Below are positions 16,010 to 27,577 of a stretch of 64,000 bases of DNA, one piece after another; positions within the stretch are counted from its first letter, which is position 1, and the number at the start of each line of letters is the position of its first letter. The stretch comes from Trichinella spiralis. Taxonomy: Eukaryota. Both the position numbers and the translations under genes were made by a program. The stretch lies in the NCBI RefSeq assembly GCF_000181795.1, contig NW_003526945.1:5247094-5311093 (forward strand), given 5' to 3'. The notes under the pieces are model-generated. The model worked only from the letters and a program-made list of their open reading frames with translations, was not told where the DNA came from and searched no databases.

Positions 16010-16790
16010 ATGTCGGGCAGACGCACTGCGGTGGTTCTCCTATCCGAAGGTGCCGAAGAGTTGGAAACTGTGGCAGTTGTCGATATTTTACGTCGGGCTG
16101 AAGTATATATATTATATGCTTGTTTTTTTTATTGTTTTTGAATATTTTAATTTCTGTCTGTTGCTCTGTTTGCAGATTGAAGTTACGTTAGCTTCGACGA
16201 CTGGCAACGTGGAACCGATCAAGTGCAGTCGTGGGGTTGTGATCAAACCGGACGATATTTTCGACGCTATCAAAGTGAACTTGTTCGACGTGGTTGTTCT
16301 TCCTGGCGGTTTGAAAGGAGCGGAATTTTTGGCAAACGTAAAAATTCCGTGCTCCGAACATTGTGAATTCGATATTTTTAAATTTTTTTCTATTTCAGAG
16401 CACAGAGGTGGGCAAATTTTTGAAATTGCACGAAGAAAATGGAAAATTGATCGCCGCCATTTGCGCCGCGCCGATCGCTTTGAAAAGTCACCGAATCGCT
16501 GAAAAGCATCAAATCACCAGTCATCCGGTCGTTGCGAACGAATTCTTGGGTTCAGGTGAAACTTTTGTGTAAACTTTAATGGAAATATTCACTGTTGAAT
16601 TGTTTCTTGTTTTTCAGCTATGTACACATATAGTGAAAAGATGGTCGTTCACGATCGCAACTTGGTCACTTCTCGAGGTCCAGGCACGGCAATTGCTTTC
16701 GCCTTGCGGCTAGTCAGTATACTGATCAGCGAAAGTACGGCCGAAACAATTGCTCGCGGCATGTGTTTCGACATGCACCCTGCTGAATAA
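16010..16790 (+). CDS. PARK7: DJ-1/PfpI family protein (DJ-1)
   Basis: Exons 16010..16102, 16176..16337, 16399..16555, 16618..16790: MSGRRTAVVLLSEGAEELETVAVVDILRRAE|IEV...FDVVVLPGGLKGA...IAAICAAP (conserved Cys)...VVHDRNLVTSRGPGTAIAFAL. Confidence 0.95.
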
Positions 16791-17203
16791 ATGAAATCTG
16801 CACAGTGATATTAGTATTAGTGTATTAGTATTATTAATATGAACAACAACAACATTGACCATAGTAATGCGCACTTGTGAGGATGGAGGCAAAATGATAA
16901 GCTGACTTTGTGCGAGAGTTTGAGTAAAACCTTTACAAACGATAGTGAATTGATTTTAATATTGTCAAAAATAGTTGGGAAAAGTGGCGAAATTTTAAAA
17001 TTAGAATTCCTGTGAAACTTGAAATGAATCATTGGTCAACAATTTGGAGATTTGGCATCAAAGTGTCAAGCTGTATACACACATTTTGACAGCATTGTCG
17101 ACTGGTTTCGCGAGAGCACCGGCAGAACCGGACCCGGTTGAAAGCAGCAGCATCTAGGCAATGTCGACGGCCTTGGAGAAAAGTGCCCACTTCGCGCCAC
17201 TGC

Positions 17204-18139
17204 ATGGACAACCGCTTGACTGCAGCTAACAACGACCGCCAGATGAGCGTCGGCGCGAGGCTTATTCGCCAGTTCATTGACAAGCTGCGCGCCCGCGACG
17301 CCACCGTCGACCGCATACGGTCGGCCGAGGCGTTGGTGCGCGGGGTCCACTTCCGCGACTACGAAGAGCGCAGCTCTTGTCGCCTCATGCAGTTCAGCCA
17401 CGCCCGCGCCGACGAGGTGATCGATCGTTTCTGCGACGAAAACGGCTGGGACGAGTCGAGCAGGAACGATTTGAAATTCTCCGCCCACATGCTCGACGCC
17501 GACCAAAAATCCGACACCTTCATCCGCTTCCAGAAGGTCGGCGAAAGTGAATTCTTTGTCCACTTCATTGCTCTCAAGCGAATCGGTAAAACCACGCACG
17601 CTGGTGTTCCTTTTCCACTCAACCTCAACCTTCCCCACCCCCATCCTTTGCCGAAGAAAAATCCCACCCGTTGAATTTTTCAAATTTTTATTCTACTGTA
17701 ATGTTTATTGATTTTCATGTACAATATTTCAAATGCAACTCTCTTTGTGGCAATTTTTTCCAAGTGGTCCCAATGATTTTTTTAGTGCACTTTTTATTTT
17801 GATTGATGTTTGCTTTTATTTTTAGAAGAAACAATATTTTTCGGCTTGGCTCGTCACCATGTCAAATTCAAACTGTCGCCGAACGTGAAAGTGACCGAAC
17901 GGAACACGTGGATTTACAAAAATTGGTGGAACAAGATGCGCAGGAATAGAAATCAACCGCCGACGCCGGAACCTGAATTTGAAGAAGAAACTGTACCGGC
18001 TGAGGATATGACTTTGTTGGAAAATTTCTTTCTACTCAGAGCGTTGAAGAAATTTGCCGAAGATATACCGTCCAGCGTGAACGAACTGCAGCATGAGGAA
18101 AGGCAATTTCTGACCATGGGTTCGGATTATGATTTTTAA
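17204..18139 (+). CDS. Uncharacterised ~230-aa protein, two exons
   Basis: GC-rich coding-like exon 17204..17586 (MDNRLTAANNDRQMSVGARLIRQF...FIALKRI) with a GTAAA donor joins in frame (phase 1) to exon 17826..18139 (EETIFFGLARHHVKFKLSP...ENFFLLRALKKFAED...*). No family recognised with confidence. Confidence 0.7.
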
Positions 18140-21100
18140 ATGGTGACCTGAATCCCGTTTGCTTTTCAAATTCTAACGCGAATAGGCCAATATTTACCGC
18201 TTTCATTTGTATTATTTATCTCTCTGAATTGATCATCGCTAGGCGCTTATCAAGAGACAAATGATTTTTTCCATTAGTAACATCTTTTTATATTAAAACA
18301 TTTTCAAACTGAGCACCCCATTTTCAATCTTTTGTTTTTAATCGATGTTAAAATTTAATCACTAATTTATTTGCCATTCACTCAAAGTGAACAGTTCTGC
18401 TTTTGCTAGTTAGTGATCGAATTTTTATAAAGCAAATTTGCAAATATTTGTTAATTTTTATTTGTGTAGAGAACGATGGAATACTGTGAAAACAGTTCTT
18501 ATTAATGGAACAAGAAAGATGCGTTTCATGTTAATACTAGAATTTTAATCTATTTTTCAATCGCTATGTTTCTGAAAAAGTTTTCACTTTAGCGCACAAC
18601 CCCTGAGATTGTTACTCATAGATATAATATGTAAATTTCTGCTCGTACTTCTTTCAACTTAAATACAACTGAATTGCGAAACAAACGCACTAGATAAATC
18701 TTATTAGCTGAATCATAAAAATATTTTCAATGTCATGTGAATTATTTTGCGATTAACATGGCAAAATTAATAACAACTCCGTTTGTTTATTATATTTATC
18801 CAGTAAAACATACCACTATTTATGTCGTATATTTTACGGGTCCATGTACATATATGGCCAGAAGCAAATAAGACATTAATTTCTGGAAAAGAAAAATTGT
18901 TATCAATCATTCAACCGCTCCAGGTGAATAGATGAGCTATCACCGAGTTCGTGTAAACAACATCAGACAGGAAAAAGTCAGTTCATCACAGGCGTTCTCA
19001 GCAAAACAGCGACCCTGTATGCTGAACAACACGCTCTGCAGCTGTGCATTTCATTTTACAAATATTATACTACTTCAAGCTTATTCTATAAATGAAATCA
19101 ACCATAAAATTAAAACAAACCACAAAATTAGCATTTCAGAAAGCTAAAGTTGACACTTCACTCCATCAATTTATTATGCAAATCGAGTATGCAAATGCAT
19201 CGTCTTTTTTAAGTATGGTGAGTTATTTTCAAGTAATTGAAACGTTGTGTGAATTATATTCAACGTTCCGTTTTTGAATGCACGTATTTATGCAATATTC
19301 CTAACATTTCGGAACTTAATTTTTCTGAGATTTTTCCATTTCCTTCACAGATCTTTTGGAAAAATGATAATTTCAAAACTGATCATAATTTTCATATTTG
19401 TTTATTCACTTTAAAGTATTTAACATTTTCGGACGATTGAAACAAATATTCGAAATAATCTCACAACTAATTGTCATAATTTTCACAGTGAACGAATTTC
19501 TGTTTCTAAAACAACAATCATTCCATACAAAAATTGTCCATATCCTGTTGTTCTTTAACTTAGCTATTTATAAATTCCATACATTATAAAATAATATGTG
19601 CAAATATAAAATAAAATGGAAGGGGGATTGTACCACGCCGTGGGAAAGGCGTGTTTACGCTGACGCTTCAGGTTAGATAAGCTTCTTCATAACATGGTTC
19701 ACGTGCTCGCTGATAAGAATTTGACAGCCGTGATAGATTAGCAGCAAAACTGCTAGATGGGAACGTGAAGCCGCGTGGGAAGCAAGTAAGCTCCATCCGC
19801 TAAAGCCCGTTGAGTGCGTGGGTGAAAATCGGCAACAACACCGGAAATGCTAAGAGAAAGTACAAAAAATTGATCGAAGGAACAAAGAAAGTGGCTGCGC
19901 GAAACACCTATATGCATTTGCTGTGAACGGCATTCAGAGAAGAATTTTTTGTTTGTTAAGTGCGCAGAGCACTGGTCAGTAGAATAGTTGCAAAAAGAAA
20001 TACTCTGCATCAAGAGCTATTGGGTGGTCGATCGATTTTGTTGTGTTGGTTTATCATAATAAACGTTTTCATCCAAAAATCTGTTTTTTCGTTTACTCTA
20101 TATCCATATTCTTCTAGACGGGGATTTATTCCACCGCTCGTTCCTCAGAAGAACCTGAACATCAGTAGTTACGAAGGCCTTCTGTACGCTACAGTAATTA
20201 AGGAGCATGTCTACAATAAAAATGCCCATATATTTAAATGCGATGCAGTAAAGTTTTGTCTTGTTGATGAGATTGAAAATAAGTTGCATGTTACTGGAAT
20301 TTAGAAAATATTTTTATTTGTTCATAGTTACTTACCGTTACATGATTAATACCTGAAAACTTTAATAGACTGTAAAGCTATGTCTTTACTACACAGCTAA
20401 TGGACCAACACATTCACTGTTGTGTGACGGGTGCTGTTTAGTAAATTATCAAGTGACATCATTCAGGTTTGGAAATATAATTTCAGAGCGTATGATAGAC
20501 TGAATTATAAATAAAGCGTTTGTTAAACAATAGCACATTGGCAGATGATAATCCTATCGACGTTGGATAATTTCTCTCAAAGATTTGTTACTTCACGAGA
20601 TGTGAACCGATCTGAAATGTCTGTTAACATTGAGAAACTAATGAGAAAGATCTGTTGAAAGAAAAGTTGAATCACATCTATTTCTCTCTGTCCAGCACAA
20701 CAGAGTATGCGTGCATTTTATGAATTTGGAAGCATCATGGAATTGCATGAACGACAGAACGTAGAAGACGAGTTGTAATTTTGGTAGCATCCATCAAATG
20801 AAGTGAAAGTGGGTCTCTACAAAGATAACATCGTAGCCGAATTGGAATAAAGACGACGAAAAAGTTGAAATAGCGGTGAAGACGAAAGGAGCATCATAGC
20901 TTGCAGTCTCAAAGTTCATCCGTTTGTTGGAGGTTGTGGTCAAAATTTAGAATGACGTCATGTCAACACTACTGATGGGAAAATAATTGATTTTGATCAA
21001 ATGGTGGCCATACACAAATCGGCGTAGTAATGAACATGAAGCTAGAATTTAAAATATGGAATTATGTTTAATATTTCCTATTCTTTCAACCTGCATTCGC

Positions 21101-21973
21101 AAAGTAAGATAATTTTCTATTCTTCCTTGTAAATTTTACAGTGGAAAATTTGCTTATAACAGTTTAGTTTCAATTTTTGATTTTAGAGATTTATTATTAT
21201 TGTTTGCATTTCGTTTATAGATGTACAGTACGAAGAAATGTGTGGAATCACTTTGATTTCACCGAAGACGAGATCGAAGTTCATAAATTTTCCTTTCTCA
21301 GAAAAAATTGTATTCCAACATCAATTAACATTAGAGTCGTTTGATGTTGGCGCTTCATGTCTGATTCAATTTTGAAACCTGGAAAGCAACTGAAATCTCA
21401 TTTATCAGCGTTAACAAGTGCTGTTTTATTGGGATAAATGTTGGTAATGTTTTCATTTATTATTTATTCATTCATTCATTTCAGATTTTTATTTTAACAC
21501 TTGTTGGTTTTTAATTTTCTAGATCTTTCCATTGTCTATGGCAAGGGAAATCAAACTTCCAGAAGAACTGACTGAAAGAAGCTGGAAACGATATTAATGA
21601 GTAGACAGCGGGCTGCATCCATCTAAAGTGAACTTTCGAGAACGTTTGCTGTTTCTTCTCTCATCCCGAGTATCAACAGTTGTTATGGCTGGTTATAAGC
21701 TTAAAACGGACGGATAGACCGCTAAAATTATTTCCGACCATGGACTCCACGGTTTCCGTTACTTTACACCTATTGATGAAATTGATGACAGATAACAAAA
21801 ATATCAGTGCGTTTCATACGTCTGTTATAAATCATCAACAATTGGATTGCATCAGTTTCAGTTTGAATCCGTCCCGAATCTGCCGATTCCGCAAATCCTG
21901 CAGAATATGGTATAGTTGATAAAAGTCATCATTTATGACGTCGTTATGAACAATGTCAACAACTCACGATTCT

Positions 21974-22471
21974 AAATTTTGGTTGCTCACATATCCCTCA
22001 ACCGATTGTGGGTGGTATCAGGACTTTCCTCTGCATGCTAAGTCTCTGCATGGGATGAAAAAGAAGTACTGTGCCCAGTATGATTGCTCTGCCACGCTGT
22101 TACTACGGGCGAAGTTGACTGTCTGATCATGATCACGCAAGGTATTACAATACACCCTACGCGGACAGTACAACTCTTTCTAAGGAGGAATTTTTCCAAG
22201 TGAAGCGGAAGAAAAGATCAAACAATCAAAATTTTCGTTGCTCACATATCCCTCAACCGATTGTGGGTGGTATCAGGACTTTCCTCTGCATGCTAAGTTT
22301 CTGCATGGGATGAAAAAGAAGTACTGTGCCCAATATGATTGCTCTGCAACTCTGCTATTAGGGGCGATGTTGACTGTCTGATCATGATATTACAAGACAC
22401 TCAATACAGACAGTGCAACTCTTTCTAAGGAGGAATTTTTCCAAGTGATGCGGAAGAAAAGGTCAAACAAT
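21974..22471 (+). repeat. Tandem direct duplication, two ~250-bp copies
   Basis: Copies ~21974..22226 and ~22228..22471 share gttgctcacatatccctcaaccgattgtgggtggtatcaggactttcctctgcatgctaag...caactctttctaaggaggaatttttccaagtga, with scattered substitutions and indels. Confidence 0.9.
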
Positions 22472-22760
22472 ATCATACTTTCTGTTGTGGCTAAAAATGG
22501 AATTATTGAAAGCATTTTGCTAATCGAAGCAATTTGGCCCAGGTCAGTTGAAGATAACAATCTTCGTCATCCTTATGAAGTTCTGCGAATTGGTGATGAA
22601 GTGAATTTGATTTGTAAGCGGACCGTCGATGATTTCAAAATGATCACAGCAATAAAACAAATTCACAACATTGTAAGAAAGGCATACGATGGAATTGGTC
22701 ATGGAGGAGAGAAGAAAATGTTTCTGGAGACTTACTAAAGGTTTTACAACATCAGTTTGG
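22445..22760 (+). mobile_element. Degenerate integrase-like transposase remnant (KRBA2/SCAND3/Ginger-like N-terminal region)
   Basis: YEVLRIGDEVNLICKR...IHNIVRKAYDGIGHGGEKKMF*..FYNI resembles the integrase zinc-binding (H..GHGG..KM...Y.NI) region of KRBA2-like transposases. Truncated by a stop; no catalytic core follows. Confidence 0.5.
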
Positions 22761-23415
22761 AAACTCGCGTCTTGAACAAAATTTTGGGACTATTGTAAAA
22801 AAGATAATTGTATGAATAGTTTATGTGTGTAATGAGTAATAAAAAATAGTATTCTCTATATTTTCGTTACGAACAACTGACATAATTACTAGAACAATTT
22901 CGGTTTAAATTTGCCCGTTTTAATGTAGGTATAATCAACTGTATAAATAAACATATTTGTCAGAATTAATTTTTAAATTTCCAAAAAGAAAATAAACAAC
23001 AAATGCATAATCTGTTAGCGCTTATTTTATTATTTTTACCATTCCGTTACCATACCATTACTGATTTCGTGTTATTTTAGCTTTGCACTGAACCTGAATT
23101 TCATATTCACATGGCAAAACTAAAAGAATGCAACATTGTTTAAAAGTTATTTTTGATATTATTACTTTAAAAATCCAAAATTTATCAAAATTTTTGGCTA
23201 TGCAAAAACGATAATTTAAAATTATTTTTCATTATTGATAAACAGCAAAGGTGCTTTACTGTAGTTTAATGACATTTTAAAGTTTTACATTAATGTACAC
23301 TTTAAAATGCAGCACACAAACAAAGACCAGCGTTGAGCATAGCAGCTTTTTAGTTTTACGGTTTGTTTGCCCTGCGCGAAAGGTGAGAAACTTAATCTCT
23401 TTAAGCTATAGTCAA

Positions 23416-23984
23416 ATGGACAGAAGCAAACTCGACCCGGAAATAGTAAAATCTACAAATGTTGTCAAATAATTTGAATATAATTTTGATAATTTATTCC
23501 TTTTTTCTTTCAGTTGAATGAGAATACTTTAAAAACGCCGGATTTGGATGATTACCAACTGGAAGCTGATAAGAAGCAGGTTGAGTCGAATGAGGGTATT
23601 GAAGAGACAAAACAGGATGAACAAGCTGTTGAAGCCGATGTCAAGAGCACTCTGAACCAAGTGATTGAAACTGTAGGTGAACTGGCGGTCACCTGCAGTG
23701 GACAATGTTCTGACTGTGATGATGAGAAGCTAACTGTGGTACGTGTTAGAAGCATGAACAAAGACTACATCACTGTGCCTATGTGTGAGGTGTCGTCAGA
23801 CGGAAAAGGACAGCCTCTTAAGCGTAATGAAGCGACTAAACAGTATAATGATATAAAGCCGAACGGCATCTTGGCAGATATTTGTTTAGAATTAACATCC
23901 GAAATGGAAATGTATTGTCAATTTTGGTGGTTTTTTATTATCTATGTTGTAGTTATGTGTCTCCTATATAATGCGCTTTCCTAG
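23416..23984 (+). CDS. Small acidic protein with a C-terminal hydrophobic segment (putative tail-anchored), unknown function
   Basis: Exon 23416..23445 (MDRSKLDPEI) joins exon 23514..23984 through GTAAAA...ttcag in phase 0. Acidic N-half, CxxxCxxC cluster, C-terminal FWWFFIIYVVVMCLLYNALS. Confidence 0.55.
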
Positions 23985-24527
23985 TTTATTGTGCTCACTT
24001 GATCGTTAATCACTTTCAGCTAAAAATTACTGAATGGTTCACTGATTAATTTTCAATATGTTTTTTTATTTAATTACTGCTTCAATTAAAGTATGCTATA
24101 TTGTTATGCGATTGGGTAATTATATAATTCATTAATTGACACTAATAAATGATGGACCAAATTAGCGTAAATGAAATTTGCATGTTTGATGAAGGAATTG
24201 AAGTGTAAAATTTTATCACCGATCACGACCGTAAAAGTATATTTAGGCAGCAGATGTATTCGAGTATAAAAATGGACTGCATGGAGTTAATTTAATACAG
24301 TTTGTCTGAATTTGATTATTGTATAGTATGAGCTACTATTTGTTTTTCATCAGGTACGAAGAAATTTATTGTTGATTTAATTTATGCTTCTATTTTAGAA
24401 CATTACCATATTGTTTAAGCGAAGAAGCCGTTGAACTGGGAAGGGATTTTTAATTTTTATGATTTAATTTAATTACATATTACTTCTGGTCGTTTGACGT
24501 TTCCAAGTAATGCAATTTTGCGTGCTT

Positions 24528-25430
24528 CTCCAAGTTTGCCTGCGACAATTTTCACAGCTTCTGTAATGCATTTGTCGGCTATTCGCATGGATTTTGAAAA
24601 AGCACTGCAACGTGTAAAATCTGTGAGAAATGTGTCGCCGAAACATCATCTCAAATTGTATGCATTTTTTAAGCAAGTAAATAGCTTATTCCCATTTTGG
24701 AGAATGATAAAATAGTTTATACAAATTTATAAATTTTATTTCAGGCAAAATTATTATTATGCTAAATGCAGCCAAAGCCCTGATGACGATATCCGTAAAA
24801 AATGACATTCATGTATGGCTACTTGTGTTGGTAAGTTGCGTTTTCTGTAAATGCTTACTAAATGATAAATATAAAGGTGACAATAAGTATGTAGTTCATA
24901 ATTTACAAACATAATTGAATAGTGTTGTTTTATAGTTTCTGATATTTATATGATGTTCCATAATTGCAATTGAACAATGAAAATGAGATATGTGCATTAT
25001 ATATTGAAATTGATTTATCCTTAGCATATCAAGTTAAATTTTTAAAATTCCTGTGCATATTATTTGTGGTAAATAGGCGTAATTGATAATGGCGGATTTA
25101 CGTTTTGAATGTTTGTTTTTCAACGTTACTGGAGCATGATTTTTCAAGTATGCAAATTAATTTTCTTCACTGCGTTGCGTTCTCAATAGCCAAGTGTGTA
25201 TTTGATTGCCTAGCAATGACCGCATTATCGCCACATCAGTGTGGTTTAAATTCAACAATTGAAGGATAATGGTTGCGGTTTCTGAAAATTACCCCGGGGC
25301 AGTTTGAGTAGCATCAGTGATTCAGATGTGACTTGTTCTTATTAGTTATTTTGATTTCTGAAAAATGATCAATCACCCATTTGATAATTAAAATTAATAG
25401 AATGACTACATCGATGTGAGATCTCAGTTT
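24528..25430 (+). repeat. 903-bp segment present in inverted orientation at 33926..34828
   Basis: Reverse complement matches 33926..34828 wherever compared; both copies abut N-gaps. Confidence 0.95.
24587..24830 (+). pseudogene. Acyl-CoA-binding (ACBP) domain pseudogene
   Basis: MDFEKALQRVKSVRNVSPKHHLKLYAFFKQ|A matches the ACBP FE.A...LKLY..FKQA motif. After the intron the frame stops (AKLLLC*). The shifted frame reads RKK*HSCMA where K.KW..W is expected. Confidence 0.6.
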
Positions 25431-25440
25431 NNNNNNNNNN
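25431..25440. other. Assembly gap (N x10)
   Basis: Run of n. Confidence 1.
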
Positions 25441-27577
25441 CATTGCTTGCCATTTTTGATACAGTCGTTAATTCGTGGATCCACCAACTCAGCACAAAGA
25501 TTCCAAAAGTTTTCATTATGACAAAAGTCCACTTGCAAATTCTCCAAAACATCTTGCAACTGTAATCGTAAATTAACATAAATTTCATTATTCCGTTTAC
25601 GACAAATCACTTTAAGCAACCGTATCATCACTGACTCAACAGTTCTGCCTATGCTTTCATGGTGGTGAGCAATTTTTCGAAATATGCCAACGACAGATTC
25701 GAATTCACCATTGTGAAAATAATGAACAATTATCTGATCAAGAAAAATTTCTATATTTTCTTCACATTGTGAGCGTTTGAATAAATTCAACGATGCTTCA
25801 TCAGATACTTTGGCTATTGAATTTTCCAAATACGTCCACCCATTTTCAGACAATTTAATTTCAAGTGAACGCTGAAATGCGTTAGCAGCAGCTGAGTAGT
25901 TTTTTAAAAAATAAAAGCACATGCCAAACAAAAACCATGCTTCGTGCTGGAAAACAAACAAATAAAACAAGACATCAGAACTTGAATCATTGAATAATGA
26001 ATAATTTGTTTTAAATTATATAAATGGAAAATATTCAATAGATAAAAATTGAACAATGAAAACAATTTTTCACTTACCATTAGCGGATCTTCGTCAAATA
26101 TAGATCGCAATCGTTTTAAACATAAACTAAATTGTCCGTCAGCATACAGCTTCTTAATTCTTGCTAGCTGTGGCAAAACAAATTTCCGTGGTTGCATTGA
26201 GCATGCGTTGAACAACAAGTTATCATCATTTTTGATTGTTGCTAAGCAGTATGTTGTAAATGAACTCGGCAATGTGGAATGCCTTTCTTCAATTATTGGC
26301 AACCCAATGTGTTCCAATGAAAATAATTTACATATATTCGTTACATCCTCCAGCATATCTAAGTTTTTGTAAATTTCCAAAGCGGCGCCTGGGCATTTTT
26401 TTAATAAATAAATTTCCGCTTTCATTTCCAAAACATTCCAAATTGAAATAGGATCAGTAAAGCAAAACGCCAGACGCATTTCAATTGGAATCGTGGAATT
26501 CTGAAACCAATTTTCAAATTGATCAAACTTTTCAAAGATGTTGACGTCCATTGCTAAGTGATATTTGGCATATTTACAATAATATATTAGTGCCAAATTG
26601 AACACCATCCAACAAGGGGCACTTTTCAACATTTTCCTCATTGTCTGATCATGATAATGAGAAAAGCGTTTCAAATCTCTCATTCTCTTTTCCAACAACT
26701 GCATCTGGACTAAAATTAAACAATGATAATAAACATTATCTTTATGAGCATCAAAATTTCCAAATCCATCTACAATATTCAAATTATCATGATCACTTTT
26801 TTTTCCAAATAGAAAACATCTTTCAATTCTTTCATTGTAAAGTGAATTATTTGTCATAAGCATTCTGAAATTATCTTTTCCTTGCAGAAAACAATTTGCT
26901 AAATCTGTTCTTTTACGTAAAATATCCTTAGCCATATCTAAATATCGGGCAGCTAAATTGTTTTGTGCAAAAGTGATGTGAAAACTGCTCAGCTCGAGCA
27001 AGAAAACAAATTTGATATTATCGTCAAACCGGCCAGCATAATTAATCCATCCTCCTGGTGGGGTGCGTTTCTTTGTTGTAGATGTATGAAGGTAAAACCT
27101 CGGTCGTTTTAATAGCCGCTGCCAAATCATGGTTATTCGTAGTGCCCAGTAGTGGGCCGTATAAAAGTGTGTTTTGAAAAATGCAAAACAATCAATAAAG
27201 ATAACTTTTGCAATTGCTAGCAATATCAAGTTGTTGCACTTGTAAAGAATCGGTTCCCCCTCGACGGACAACTCCGTCGATCGGAGATACCAATTTGTCT
27301 CGACTGAGGTTAATCTTCCAAAATCCCATTCAGCAGGCAAAGCTACATTCGATGGTCCAAGAAAGTTTTGCTGCATAAAATGCATAAAACAGCTTATTCC
27401 AAATTTGAAATAATGCAAGCGTTTTTCACGTCCTCTTTCAGCTGAGCAAATATTTTTCAAATTACCTTTTAAACATCCAAAACTGGAATATTCGTTAAAC
27501 GGTAATGGCATTCTAAGTTTTTCCAGTTTTGATGGAAATTCAACTTTAGCTGCAAACGTCTGAAATAATTCGTCCAT
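25441..27577 (-). CDS. TTC27: Tetratricopeptide repeat protein 27-like (Emw1/TRD-1 family), 3'-truncated by gap
   Basis: Exon 27577..26078 and exon 25946..<25441. Motifs SCFMHFMQQNFLGP, LSVEGEPILY..NNLILLAIAKVIF, YWALRITMIWQRLL, ALEIYKNLDMLED and DPLM|HEAWFLFGMC..KNYSAAANAFQRSLEI..GWTYL (TPR) correspond to the TTC27 family. Confidence 0.75.

Noticed and set aside
17029..17683. 205-aa and other antisense ORFs over the 17204 gene
   Set aside because: Antisense shadows of a GC3-biased exon; splice signals support the + strand.
19620..21700. Possible LTR/transposon or pseudogene remnants with moderately coding-like composition
   Set aside because: Frequent stops, and no paired repeats or recognisable motif I could verify.
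25314..25440. C-terminus of the 218-aa ORF reading through the N-gap
   Set aside because: Chimeric: the sequence beyond the gap belongs to the duplicated segment, not to TTC27.
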